Below, in pieces: positions 18,999 through 28,597 of a DNA stretch of 64,000 nt. The DNA lies in assembly GCA_943354045.1 (NCBI GenBank), contig CALRBF010000003.1, positions 4,703 to 68,702 on the forward strand. The letters run 5' to 3'. This DNA comes from Parcubacteria group bacterium. Its GTDB lineage: Bacteria; Patescibacteriota; Minisyncoccia; SW-4-49-11. The notes beneath the pieces are model-generated. The model was given only the letters and a program-made list of their open reading frames with translations. It did not search any database and was not told the DNA's origin. The position numbers and the translations under genes were made by a program. Positions within the stretch are counted from its first letter, which is position 1; each line of letters begins with the position of its first letter.

Positions 18999-21989
18999 AT
19001 GGCTTCAATAAATAAACAATCAAATCGTCAAAGTTTTCGAGAAAAACTCCAGACTAATACAACTGCGGGATCAAATTTAATATTAATTCGAAAGAAAGAA
19101 GAGGAGCTTGCCACACAAAGAAAGGCAAACTCTCTTGGAATTGCCTATATTAATCTTAAATTTATTCCTATTAATCCTGATGCTCTTAAAATATTAACAC
19201 AAGAACAAGCCAAGAAGGCTGGAATGATTATATTTCAGCGCTCAGGAATTCATCTCAAAATTGCTATTGCAGACATTAATAATCCCCTTACCAAAACAAT
19301 TCTTCAACAATTTTATCAAAAAGAATATCAGATAGAATTATATTTGGTATCAAAATATAGTCTCGAGAAAGGATATGCTTCTTATGATTTTCTTCAAGAT
19401 AGAGGGCAAATTGTAAAAGATAGACTACTTATTCCTGAGCATATGATAAAAGATGCTCAGAGTGATATTGTGAAACTTGAAGATTTTGCTGACAAAATTA
19501 ATTCTGTAGAAATTTCAGAATTAATTCAAATGATTTGTGCGGGAGCCATATCTTCTTTTGCTAGTGATATACATATCGAACCAAAAGCATCTCTTACTCG
19601 CCTACGCTATCGTATTGATGGAGTTTTACAGGATATTTTAAATTTTGATTCTAATTTATATAAATCTCTCATATCACGTATCAAAAATCTTGCGTCTTTG
19701 GTACTCAATGTTAAAAGCACCTCACAAGATGGAAGATTTAGTATTGTAATTATTGATAAAGATGGTGTTAATAAACAAACTATTGATGTAAGAGTTTCTA
19801 TACTTCCCAGCAAAACAGGTGAAATTATTGTAATGAGATTATTGAATACTGAAATCCATAATTTGGATATTCATTCATTTGGGATTAGACCTTCTTTTTT
19901 AGATATTATTATAAGAAATCTTGAAAAATCTCAAGGAATGATTATGTTATCAGGACCAACAGGATCAGGAAAAACTACAAGCCTTTATTCTTTCCTTAAT
20001 TATATCAATAAAAGTGAAACGAATATTATTACTCTTGAAGATCCAATTGAATATCGATTACCAAATATTAATCAAACTCAAGTTGATACAAAAAAAGGCT
20101 ATACGTTTGCTAATGGCTTAAAGGCAATAGTGAGACAAGATCCAGATGTGATTATGATTGGAGAAATTAGAGATAATGATACTGCCAATATTGCGATTAA
20201 TGCCTCTATTACAGGACATCTCGTATTCTCCACTATTCACACCAATGATTCTGTAGGTATTGTGACCAGATTACAAGAATTTGATGTAGCCCCTCCTCTC
20301 ATCATATCTTCTATGAATTTATTTATTGCTCAAAGATTATTAAGGCGATTATGTGAATGTAAAGAAGAATATATTCCTTCAGAAGAGGAAATAACAAGTA
20401 TTAATCATGCTCTTGCTATTATTTCACCTAAATCCAATATCACAATACCTAAAGAAGTAACCAAATTATATAGAGCTAAGGGATGTCCCAAATGTTATGG
20501 GCTTGGATATAAAGGACGACTTGCTATTTATGAATTATTTGAAGCTCGCGATAATATTAAAGAGTTAATTAGTGATAATACTCCTGAGTTTAAAATATTT
20601 CGTAAAGCTATAGAAAATGGAATGGTAACCTTATTTCAAGATGGTATTCTTCATGCTATTGATGGGGAAACTTCATTTGAAGAAGTAGTGACTGTAGCTG
20701 GAGATACCAATTATATTGAAGAATTATATGAATCAACTCTCACATCAGCCCTATCTCGCGGAATTCATATAAAAGCGAATAGTAATCCTCCTCAAATTAG
20801 TCAATTATCTGAATCTATGTCAATTAATGATCAGTTAACTGCTATCACTACAGCCGCTCTCTCAAAAAGAGCTACCGATATTCACCTTGAGCCTGATGAA
20901 GGGAATTTAATTATACGATTTCGTATTGATGGAGTACTCTATGAAGAAGCCCGTATTCCAAAATCTCTTTATCCTCAAATTCTAACTCAAATCAAAATAT
21001 TCTCAGGATTAGCTCTTGATATCAGTAATACCATTCAGGAGGGAAGATTCACTATCTTTGCTGAAAAGAATGTTGATGTGAGGGTTTCTATTATTCCGGG
21101 AGGATATGGACAAACTATTGTACTTCGTATACTAAGATCAGATATAGCAAAACTTGGTCTCAAAGATCTTGGAATGGATGAGTATAATATTGAACTTCTC
21201 AAAGCTCAACTCAAAGCTACTACTGGACTTATATTGGTAACAGGTCCTACTAGCGCTGGAAAATCTACAACCCTGTATGCAACTCTTAATACCCTCAATC
21301 AACCTGGAGTAAAAATCATTACCATTGAAGATCCAATTGAATATAAATTGTCAGGAATTCTCCAAACGAGTATTAATGAAGAAACCGGATATAATTTCCC
21401 CAATGCTATCAGAGCTTTACTTAGACAAAACCCTAATATTGTTCTTATTGGAGAAATTAGGGACAATGAGACCGCCAAAGTAGCCATGCAAACAGCTGCA
21501 ACTGGACATCTTTTGCTATCTACTCTCCATACCAATGATGCTGCTTCTGCAATTTTGAGATTATATGATTTGGGTATTGGTCTTTCTGAAATTGCTGCTT
21601 TTGTAAATGTGACTATTGCGCAGCGAATTATTCGCAAACTTGACCCCAATACTGCTACTACTATCACATTATCTCCTGAACAAAAGGATATTATTCGATC
21701 AAAATTACCAGAACATTATCATAATCTTATTCCTGACACCATATTACAAGCTAATTCAAGCCCTGATCATCCTGATGGATATCTTGGTATTATGGCTATA
21801 TTTGAAGTGCTTGTTATTAGCCCAACTATGAAAGAAATTATTATTAGTCAAGCATCCACTGCCCGTATTAAAGATTTAGCTATTGAAGAGGGAATGACAA
21901 CCTTGGAAGTTTCTGGTATTCTAAAAGTATTAGATCATACCACCGATTTTGCTGAAATCGAAAGAGTATTAGGTGTCACAATATTATAA
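18999..21989 (+). CDS. Tandem-fused double GspE/PilB-type secretion/type IV pilus assembly ATPase
   Basis: 996 aa. Two complete ATPase modules. Walker A motifs GPTGSGKTT and GPTSAGKST. Asp boxes IMIGEIRD and VLIGEIRD. His boxes STIHTNDS and STLHTNDA. Each module has its own N1E-like domain (ASDIHIEP / ATDIHLEP). Only the first carries a tetracysteine zinc motif (CxC...CxxC). A GSPII_E N-terminal domain sits at the start. Confidence 0.85.
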   Translation: MASINKQSNRQSFREKLQTNTTAGSNLILIRKKEEELATQRKANSLGIAYINLKFIPINPDALKILTQEQAKKAGMIIFQRSGIHLKIAIADINNPLTKTILQQFYQKEYQIELYLVSKYSLEKGYASYDFLQDRGQIVKDRLLIPEHMIKDAQSDIVKLEDFADKINSVEISELIQMICAGAISSFASDIHIEPKASLTRLRYRIDGVLQDILNFDSNLYKSLISRIKNLASLVLNVKSTSQDGRFSIVIIDKDGVNKQTIDVRVSILPSKTGEIIVMRLLNTEIHNLDIHSFGIRPSFLDIIIRNLEKSQGMIMLSGPTGSGKTTSLYSFLNYINKSETNIITLEDPIEYRLPNINQTQVDTKKGYTFANGLKAIVRQDPDVIMIGEIRDNDTANIAINASITGHLVFSTIHTNDSVGIVTRLQEFDVAPPLIISSMNLFIAQRLLRRLCECKEEYIPSEEEITSINHALAIISPKSNITIPKEVTKLYRAKGCPKCYGLGYKGRLAIYELFEARDNIKELISDNTPEFKIFRKAIENGMVTLFQDGILHAIDGETSFEEVVTVAGDTNYIEELYESTLTSALSRGIHIKANSNPPQISQLSESMSINDQLTAITTAALSKRATDIHLEPDEGNLIIRFRIDGVLYEEARIPKSLYPQILTQIKIFSGLALDISNTIQEGRFTIFAEKNVDVRVSIIPGGYGQTIVLRILRSDIAKLGLKDLGMDEYNIELLKAQLKATTGLILVTGPTSAGKSTTLYATLNTLNQPGVKIITIEDPIEYKLSGILQTSINEETGYNFPNAIRALLRQNPNIVLIGEIRDNETAKVAMQTAATGHLLLSTLHTNDAASAILRLYDLGIGLSEIAAFVNVTIAQRIIRKLDPNTATTITLSPEQKDIIRSKLPEHYHNLIPDTILQANSSPDHPDGYLGIMAIFEVLVISPTMKEIIISQASTARIKDLAIEEGMTTLEVSGILKVLDHTTDFAEIERVLGVTIL

Positions 21990-21991
21990 TT

Positions 21992-22426
21992 ATGAGTATA
22001 CTTTCTCATTCCACTATACAAACCCAAGAAATCGCCCAAACTCTTGCACGAGAAGTGTTGGAAGGGTTAAAACCTCGCCTTATATTATTAGATGGCGAAC
22101 TCGGAGGAGGAAAAACAACATTTAGTCAAGGATTCCTAAAATCTCTTGGTATTACTCAAATAGTCAATAGCCCTACCTTTGTGATTATGAAACCCTATAC
22201 TATTCCAAATTCTGAATATACGGTATATCATTTTGATTTATATCGCCTAGAGCAAGAATGGGAAGCATTAGAACTTGGTATTAATGATATTATACAAAAT
22301 CCAAAATCTATACTTCTTATTGAATGGGCTAATAAAACTCCTCGTCTCTGGGAAAATATTCCTCATATACAAATTACTTTTAATGTAATAAGCCCAGAAG
22401 AAAGATCTATTACTATTGAATTCTAA
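21992..22426 (+). CDS. tsaE: tRNA threonylcarbamoyladenosine biosynthesis ATPase TsaE
   Basis: 144 aa. P-loop LDGELGGGKTTFSQGF typical of YjeE/TsaE. Confidence 0.8.
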   Translation: MSILSHSTIQTQEIAQTLAREVLEGLKPRLILLDGELGGGKTTFSQGFLKSLGITQIVNSPTFVIMKPYTIPNSEYTVYHFDLYRLEQEWEALELGINDIIQNPKSILLIEWANKTPRLWENIPHIQITFNVISPEERSITIEF

Positions 22427-23393
22427 TATTATGAGTTATCAATGTGCTATTCTTGGAGATATTTCGCTTGATAGATTTTTATTATTACCAGAAACTCCTA
22501 TTATCCCCTCTCCCAATAATCCAGGAAACTTTGTATTTAACTTAGAATTAGGTCAAAAAATTCCTGTATCAGATATATATGAATCTCTGGGGGGGAATGC
22601 CTATAATATTGCGTATGGATTAACATTATTACAAATATCATCTGCGCTTATTACTTCGGTTGGTAATGATCAATTATCTCAATATATAGTAAATACTATT
22701 GCTGAGTCTCATATTAATACTGATCATATACATATTTCAGAAGATTCGGGCATTAATCAATCTACTATTCTCTCTCTGTCAGGTGAGCGAGTAGTATTAT
22801 CCTATCATACTCCCAAAAATTATAATTCCATACAAATTCCAGAAGCCGATTGGCTATATGTAACTTCACTTAGTCATGGAAGTGAGACACTCTTAGAATC
22901 TTTGATTGGACAAAATATTCCCCATAGAATTGCTTTTAATCCAGGATCCCATTTACTCAAAAATAATTTAGATTTAATACATAATCTTATTCCTAAAATG
23001 GAAATTATTTTTGTAAATAAAGAGGAGGCCCAATATATTATTAATAACTTCGAGGAGGAGTCTATACCCAATCTTATTCAATCCCTACATAGTTTAGGAA
23101 TTCCTATTATTGTAATCACTGATGGGAATAAAGGAGCTTATGTCAGCGCTGAGAATATTACTCTGTATCTTCCATCAAGGCCAGTTACCGTTGCTGAGAC
23201 AACAGGAGCAGGAGACGCCTTTGCGGCCGCTTTTCTTGCTTCATTTATTCAATCCAATGACATTTCACAATCCTTAATATGGGGTATTATTCAATCCTCT
23301 GCGGTGCTCCGAGAAGTAGGTTCAGTCAATGGACTATTATCTCTGGAGGAATTAATATCAATATCCGAAACCCTAACTCCGCAAGTTATATGA
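22416..23393 (+). CDS. PfkB-family carbohydrate/nucleoside kinase
   Basis: 325 aa. C-terminal ribokinase-fold motif TTGAGDAFAAAFLASF. Confidence 0.8.
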   Translation: MNSNIMSYQCAILGDISLDRFLLLPETPIIPSPNNPGNFVFNLELGQKIPVSDIYESLGGNAYNIAYGLTLLQISSALITSVGNDQLSQYIVNTIAESHINTDHIHISEDSGINQSTILSLSGERVVLSYHTPKNYNSIQIPEADWLYVTSLSHGSETLLESLIGQNIPHRIAFNPGSHLLKNNLDLIHNLIPKMEIIFVNKEEAQYIINNFEEESIPNLIQSLHSLGIPIIVITDGNKGAYVSAENITLYLPSRPVTVAETTGAGDAFAAAFLASFIQSNDISQSLIWGIIQSSAVLREVGSVNGLLSLEELISISETLTPQVI

Positions 23394-24379
23394 TTTTAAA
23401 GCCCGCAGATGTTTCGCCTCATAATATATCTGAATATTATCAATTGTCAGATTGGGCTCTATTAATTGAAAAAGATATATTAGCTGTTGAGCGAATATAT
23501 ATTATTGACAATGATAAACCGGTACTATTTGCACAAATATATATATACCATTTGATTGGATCATATACCCAATTATATATCCCTCGTGGACCAATACTGT
23601 ATCAAGATAATTTGAGTACAAAGCAAAAAGATGAATTTTGGGATAATATCAAAAGCATAGCAAATAAATATAAAGCTGTATTTACATTAATAGAACCTGC
23701 TGAGCTAAACCCCACTCAAATATGGGATGCTCATACAAAAATTAGCTCAACCGAGAGACTTCCCCATCAAACCCAAATACTGAATCTCGAGCAGGACGAA
23801 GAAAAATTATTCCAATCTATTCATTCTAAAATGCGGTATAATATCAAACTCGCTGAGCGTAAAGGGGTGATAATAAAAAAGATTAAGGCAGATGATGCTC
23901 AATTTGAAATATATTTTAATGCATTTTTTGAACTAATACAGCAAACAAGTATTCGTGGTAAATTTGCCATTCATAATAAAGAACATTATTATCATTTACT
24001 TACGCATAGCCTTACCACTATTCAAACATCACTCATCATTGCTGAATATGAATCTACTGTTTTAGCTGCTAATATTATTCTCGATACTCCTAATAGCCGT
24101 ATATATCTTCATGGGGCTTCCAGTAATCAATATCGCAATCTGATGGCTCCCACACTACTTCAATGGGAATCTATTAAGGAAGCCAGGAAACTTGGTAAAA
24201 CGATCTATGACTTTTGGGGAATTTCTATCACAAAAAAAAGCTGGCAAGGAATTTCTCGTTTCAAAATACAGTTTGGAGGGAAAACAATAGATTATCCTTC
24301 AAGCCACATTATTATTCATAACCATATAATATTTTCTCTATATAGCTTATTTCGTAAGTTGAGAGGCAAATCAATTTGA
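23390..24379 (+). CDS. FemAB-family peptidoglycan-bridge aminoacyltransferase (aminoacyl-tRNA dependent)
   Basis: ~329 aa. ATG at 23390 overlaps the pfkB stop (ATGA). The longer track ORF from 23279 would overlap pfkB by 115 nt and is rejected. FemAB/GNAT-like core (MRYNIKLAERKGV, LHGASSNQYRN). Confidence 0.65.
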   Translation: MILKPADVSPHNISEYYQLSDWALLIEKDILAVERIYIIDNDKPVLFAQIYIYHLIGSYTQLYIPRGPILYQDNLSTKQKDEFWDNIKSIANKYKAVFTLIEPAELNPTQIWDAHTKISSTERLPHQTQILNLEQDEEKLFQSIHSKMRYNIKLAERKGVIIKKIKADDAQFEIYFNAFFELIQQTSIRGKFAIHNKEHYYHLLTHSLTTIQTSLIIAEYESTVLAANIILDTPNSRIYLHGASSNQYRNLMAPTLLQWESIKEARKLGKTIYDFWGISITKKSWQGISRFKIQFGGKTIDYPSSHIIIHNHIIFSLYSLFRKLRGKSI

Positions 24380-24419
24380 TAATATATATAAGCTATAGTA
24401 CACTATACATAATACATAG

Positions 24420-26072
24420 ATGTCTGATATGCAATTAACTTGGAGTCACGTAAAAAAACCTATAGTCATCTCAGGAATTAGTCTTGGGATTATTGCTTTA
24501 TCTATTACAGGAACGGCATATGCCTATCGTGACTCAATTTATCCTAAAATATCTGTACAGGGCATAGATATCAGTTCCAAAAATCTCAAAGAAGCTTTTA
24601 CCATTTTACAAGAGCAAAATAAAACTTTAAGTGAGAAACCCATCATATTAACCTATGAAGATCAAGAATACTCTACTACTTTAACAGAACTTGGAATTAC
24701 CCTGAATACCGATGACACCTTAGTTAAAGCTTATAAAATAAAACGTGAAGGAAATATTATAGAACGACTCCAAAAACTCTTTCAACCTATTTCTGTAAAT
24801 TGGGTATATAGTTCTGACACTGAAAATATAGCGTCTTCACTGGGAGCAAAGGTCAATCCCGCTCTTAATACCCTAGCTGATGCTAAATTAGATTATATCA
24901 ATGAACAAGTTACTATTATTCCCGAACAAGCGGGAGAAAGTATTGATAGTGAGGCTATTGCCCCTCTTATTATTACTGAACTTAATAAAGATGATGTTCG
25001 TATTGAAATTCCCCTCAAAAAAGAATTACCCACCATTACCAGCGCTTCTTGGGAGGCTCAAAAGTCTGATTTAGATACTTTTCTTATTAAACATGAGATA
25101 TTCTTCAGTGAGACAACGATTACCATACCTACAGAAGAAATGATAACCTGGATTACTATTGACCCCAAAACGCGTAAACTTGGTATATCCCAAGATACTA
25201 TTAAAGAATATCTAAAATCCGTACAAAAAACTCTTACCAGCCAACCTGTAGATGCTAAACTTAGATTTGATTCAGCTACCCAACAAATTCAAATTGTCCA
25301 AGAAGGAAAAGAAGGTGCTCAGCTTATGATTGATGAAAGTTCCAGACGTATTCGAGATGATATATTGGCTGGAGTCGCGAAAACTGAGTTATTCGTAGCA
25401 ATTACCTCACCCCTTATTGATGAGTCTCAATTTGATGCACTTGGACTAAAAACTCTATTAGGGAGAGGAGAATCTAATTTCCGTGGCTCAAGCAAAAGTC
25501 GAGTCAAGAATATTAATGTTGCAGCAGATAAAATTTCAAGCACTCTTATTAAGCCAGGAGAAGAATTTTCTTTTGTGAATACCTTAGGTAAAGTTGATGC
25601 TCGTAGTGGATATCTTCCTGAACTTGTAATTAAAGGTAAAAAAACTATTCCAGAATATGGAGGAGGTATTTGCCAAGTATCTACCACCTTATTCCGAGCC
25701 GCCCTCAATGCTGGACTTCCTATTACTGCAAGACAAAATCATTCTTATATTGTTAATTATTATGGGAAGCCAGGTCTTGATGCTACTATTTATATTCCAA
25801 AACCTGATTTCAAATTCAAAAATGACACCAATAATTATATTCTCCTTCAACATTATATCGTAGGAACTATAATTTATTATGAAATTTATGGAACATCTAC
25901 TGGTAAAACAGCTAAGACAATAGACCCCGTTGTACTTGAATCCAGTCCAGATGGATCTATGAAAACCGTAGCCTATCGTGAAATTTATGAGGGAGAAAAT
26001 ATGATAAAAAGAGATGCATTTTATTCCACATATCGCCCACCCAATAAAGCGACATCTAATCCTCTTCAATAA
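24420..26072 (+). CDS. VanW-domain protein with N-terminal TM anchor
   Basis: 550 aa. VanW-like core (GGGICQVSTTLFRAALNAGLPITARQNHSY) and upstream putative peptidoglycan-binding repeats. Confidence 0.7.
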   Translation: MSDMQLTWSHVKKPIVISGISLGIIALSITGTAYAYRDSIYPKISVQGIDISSKNLKEAFTILQEQNKTLSEKPIILTYEDQEYSTTLTELGITLNTDDTLVKAYKIKREGNIIERLQKLFQPISVNWVYSSDTENIASSLGAKVNPALNTLADAKLDYINEQVTIIPEQAGESIDSEAIAPLIITELNKDDVRIEIPLKKELPTITSASWEAQKSDLDTFLIKHEIFFSETTITIPTEEMITWITIDPKTRKLGISQDTIKEYLKSVQKTLTSQPVDAKLRFDSATQQIQIVQEGKEGAQLMIDESSRRIRDDILAGVAKTELFVAITSPLIDESQFDALGLKTLLGRGESNFRGSSKSRVKNINVAADKISSTLIKPGEEFSFVNTLGKVDARSGYLPELVIKGKKTIPEYGGGICQVSTTLFRAALNAGLPITARQNHSYIVNYYGKPGLDATIYIPKPDFKFKNDTNNYILLQHYIVGTIIYYEIYGTSTGKTAKTIDPVVLESSPDGSMKTVAYREIYEGENMIKRDAFYSTYRPPNKATSNPLQ

Positions 26073-26078
26073 TATTAT

Positions 26079-27494
26079 ATGATAAAACTATATAATACCC
26101 CAGCCAAGGCAATAGTCCCTTTCAAATCCATACACCCAAAAAGAGTATCCTTATATAGTTGTGGACCAACCGTATATGATAGACAGCATATTGGGAATTT
26201 ACGCAAAGGTTTATTTGATGATTTACTCAAAAGAACTCTGCAATTACATAGCTATAATGTCTATTCTGTTACTAATATTACTGATGTAGGGCATCTGGTT
26301 AGTGATGAGGATACCGGAGAAGATAAATTAGAAAAAGGAGCCAAAAGAGAAAATCTCACAGCATTAGAAATCGCCGAGAAATACACCAAACTTTGGCAAG
26401 AAGATTTAGAAAAACTCAATATTATACCCTCTGACCATTATCCGAAAGCCACTGAATATATCAAAGAACAAATTAATCTTATCAAGAGATTAGAGCGCAA
26501 AGGATATACCTATATTACCAGTGATGGAGTATATTTTGATACGAGCAAATTCCCTGAATATGCTGACTTTGCGCATCTCAATCTCAAAGCTCAAGAAGCA
26601 GGAGCTCGAGTAGATATGGGAGATAAAAAATCCCCCTCAGATTTTGCCCTCTGGAAATTCTCCCCTAAAGGAGAGACAAGACAAATGGAATGGGATAGCC
26701 CTTGGGGAATTGGCTTCCCGGGATGGCATTCTGAATGTGTAGTAATGGCAGACTCACTACTCCATGCACCTTTTGATATACATACCGGAGGTAAAGATCA
26801 TATCCCAATTCATCACACCAATGAAATAGCTCAGTTCAAAGCAGATACCGGTAAGCCTATGGCGCATTATTGGCTACATAGTTATTTTCTCACCGTCAAT
26901 ACAGCTAAAATGTCCAAATCAGCGGGAACTTTTATTACTCTTGATGATATTATTGCTCAAGGTTATTCCCCACTAGACTTGAGATTATTGGTTTTAATGG
27001 CACATTATCGCTCAGACATAGACTTCTCTTGGGAGTCTCTGACTCAAGCCAAACAAACCCGCCAGCGAATTATAGACTTTATCAATAGAGTGAATACTAT
27101 CAAGCCACATCGCAAAAACCTAAAACTCCAAAAACTAATCCGAGATACTTATAATAATTTCAAAAAATCTCTTTTCTCTGATCTAGACTCCCCCAAGGCC
27201 ATTGCCCATATATTTGATTTTATAAAAGAAGTCAATAGCTCAATAGATGCTGGAGACCCCATACCAAGACGCCATATAATCAAATTATTCCAGAGACTAG
27301 AGCGAGTACTGTCTCTAGATTTACCCCTCACTAAACCAGACATCCCCGCTGAGATAATGCTCATTTTCAATAATCGCAATCAAGCGAGAGCCAATAAAGA
27401 CTTCGCCCAAGCTGACAAATTAAGACAAGAATTGTCCAACTTAGGCTACACTATCCAAGACAAAGATGGACAAAGTGTAATTATTAAGACATAA
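26079..27494 (+). CDS. cysS: Cysteinyl-tRNA synthetase
   Basis: 471 aa. HIGH-type motif (HIGNLR), KMSKS motif (KMSKSAGT), zinc-binding Cys residues, CysRS-like anticodon-binding C-terminus. Confidence 0.9.
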   Translation: MIKLYNTPAKAIVPFKSIHPKRVSLYSCGPTVYDRQHIGNLRKGLFDDLLKRTLQLHSYNVYSVTNITDVGHLVSDEDTGEDKLEKGAKRENLTALEIAEKYTKLWQEDLEKLNIIPSDHYPKATEYIKEQINLIKRLERKGYTYITSDGVYFDTSKFPEYADFAHLNLKAQEAGARVDMGDKKSPSDFALWKFSPKGETRQMEWDSPWGIGFPGWHSECVVMADSLLHAPFDIHTGGKDHIPIHHTNEIAQFKADTGKPMAHYWLHSYFLTVNTAKMSKSAGTFITLDDIIAQGYSPLDLRLLVLMAHYRSDIDFSWESLTQAKQTRQRIIDFINRVNTIKPHRKNLKLQKLIRDTYNNFKKSLFSDLDSPKAIAHIFDFIKEVNSSIDAGDPIPRRHIIKLFQRLERVLSLDLPLTKPDIPAEIMLIFNNRNQARANKDFAQADKLRQELSNLGYTIQDKDGQSVIIKT

Positions 27495-27512
27495 TATTAT
27501 TGTCTATATATA

Positions 27513-27541
27513 TTGACATTTTGGCAATTTTGTGATATGAT
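27513..27541 (+). promoter_or_regulatory. Consensus sigma70 promoter: TTGACA - 17 nt - TGn-TATGAT
   Basis: -35 TTGACA at 27513..27518, 17-nt spacer, extended -10 tgaTATGAT at 27533..27541. Confidence 0.6.
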
Positions 27542-27566
27542 TTATTTTGTTCATTCACAAGGTTTT

Positions 27567-28007
27567 ATGCCCTCCCCATTCCGAATCCGTGAACGCCTTC
27601 GTTTACTCCTCCCCCCAACTCTGGATGATATTCAGAAAATGGTAGAAGAAGAGATGGAGCCAGAGCTTCAGCCACTCGAAATTCCCGAGGCCGAAGCACC
27701 CCCCATTCCAGGGAATCTCAATACCCAGCAATTTCCCCAAAAGAAGTTTGTAGCTGGAGTAGAAGCTCTACTCCCTGAGATCTTGGAGGAATCCAAGAAG
27801 TATGGGGGGGTGGTTCAGATTTTCGTGGCACTCACCCTGCTAGAAACAGTCGAGGAGACTGAAGCAAAATTCTTTTTCCTGGAGGAGCAGGCCCAGGGAA
27901 TTGAGCCTATTATTTTATTATGGGCTCAAGCTTACCAAAACAAAAATTACATGTTGCCACCTCTAACGGCAACAGTGCACTGGGGTTTTACCCCCATCAT
28001 CTGGTGA
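27567..28007 (+). other. GC/C-rich ~0.5 kb transcription unit of unknown nature: either an acidic Pro/Glu-rich protein (~147 aa from ATG 27567) or a structured non-coding RNA
   Basis: Composition clearly departs from the flanking AT-rich DNA. The track ORF starts at a TTG coinciding with the -35 box, so its N-terminus is spurious. The predicted protein is low-complexity (EEEMEPELQPLEIPEAEAPPIPG). Multiple short GC hairpins are present. A strong terminator follows. Confidence 0.3.
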
Positions 28008-28027
28008 TCAAGCCTCCACTCATACCC

Positions 28028-28060
28028 AAGCCCCGCAATACGCGGGGCTTTTTTTCTTTT
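28028..28060 (+). terminator. Rho-independent terminator
   Basis: Perfect 9-bp GC-rich stem (aagccccgc / gcggggctt), 5-nt loop, then tttttt. Confidence 0.8.
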
Positions 28061-28112
28061 GACAAATAGTATAGTCTCTGTTAATATATTTTGTGATGTC
28101 CTGCTATTTACA

Positions 28113-28409
28113 ATGACAACAAAATTGACTTTCGCTCTTGAAGACTGGGATACCATACTGAATCATTTGGAAAAATATGCAATACCCAAACTCCCTATCA
28201 CTCAATTAAGTGGTATTGAGAAAAGAAAAGCTCGGCAGAATATATTCAGTCTAGGGCGTCCTCATACAAGAGATCTCATAAGACCAACTATTAATGAGAT
28301 TCAAAGAGAATGTGATAAGAACAGAAAAAACTTTCAACCCGAAGCTACGGTATTCGTACATGATAATATTGTAAAACTTATCAATCGAATACCAGCCACA
28401 TCCTCATGA
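28113..28409 (+). CDS. Hypothetical protein (~98 aa from the internal ATG; track ORF starts at 28059)
   Basis: Open frame with lysine/arginine-rich C-terminal half, no recognisable family. Located between the terminator and tRNA-Thr. Confidence 0.3.
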   Translation: MTTKLTFALEDWDTILNHLEKYAIPKLPITQLSGIEKRKARQNIFSLGRPHTRDLIRPTINEIQRECDKNRKNFQPEATVFVHDNIVKLINRIPATSS

Positions 28410-28500
28410 GGAAATATTTTAATCATATTAATTCGGCATCACCATGATGTCGAATTTTTCTTCTTGCTCTTGCAGCCATTTTAGACTATACTATGCTTAT

Positions 28501-28575
28501 GCCAATGTAGCTTAGTTCTGGTAGAGCAATGCATTCGTAACGCATAGGTCGTGGGTTCGATCCCCACCATTGGCT
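28501..28575 (+). tRNA. tRNA-Thr (anticodon CGT); CCA is encoded immediately 3' (28576..28578)
   Basis: Manual fold. Acceptor stem GCCAATG/CATTGGC, 7 bp. D-arm GCTT/AGAGC with GG in the loop. Anticodon arm with loop TTCGTAA (anticodon CGT, one A-C mismatch at the stem end). 5-nt variable loop. T-arm GTGGG-TTCGATC-CCCAC. Discriminator T. Confidence 0.75.
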
Positions 28576-28597
28576 CCATTATTTATATGAAAAAATT

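Noticed and set aside
18999-21989. Double GspE as an artefact of two adjacent genes
   Set aside because: The reading frame is continuous with no stop or plausible internal start/RBS at the junction, and the second module begins with its own N1E-like domain in the position expected for a true tandem duplication. Retained as a real fusion pending read-level confirmation.
23279-23389. Track ORF for the FemAB-like gene begins at 23279 and would overlap the pfkB-family kinase gene by 115 nt
   Set aside because: An in-frame ATG at 23390 overlaps the kinase stop codon in the ATGA arrangement that recurs throughout this window. The upstream extension (MGYYSILCGAPRSRF...) is translated from the kinase coding region in another frame and has no homology support.
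27513-27566. TTG-initiated N-terminus of the 164-aa track ORF
   Set aside because: The TTG is the first triplet of the -35 hexamer (TTGACA), and the next in-frame ATG lies inside the -10 element. Translation cannot start upstream of its own promoter. Any real protein would start at about 27567, or the unit is non-coding.
27560-28060. Possibility that the GC-rich unit is RNase P RNA, tmRNA or SRP RNA
   Set aside because: I looked for the universally conserved RNase P motifs (GGAAAGTCCGG, AGGGTGAAA.GGTG, ACAGAACCCGGCTTA), the tmRNA tRNA-like 3' end (GGTTCGA.TCC...CCACCA) and the SRP domain IV motif (GGAAGCAGC). None is present. These identities cannot be fully excluded without a covariance-model scan.
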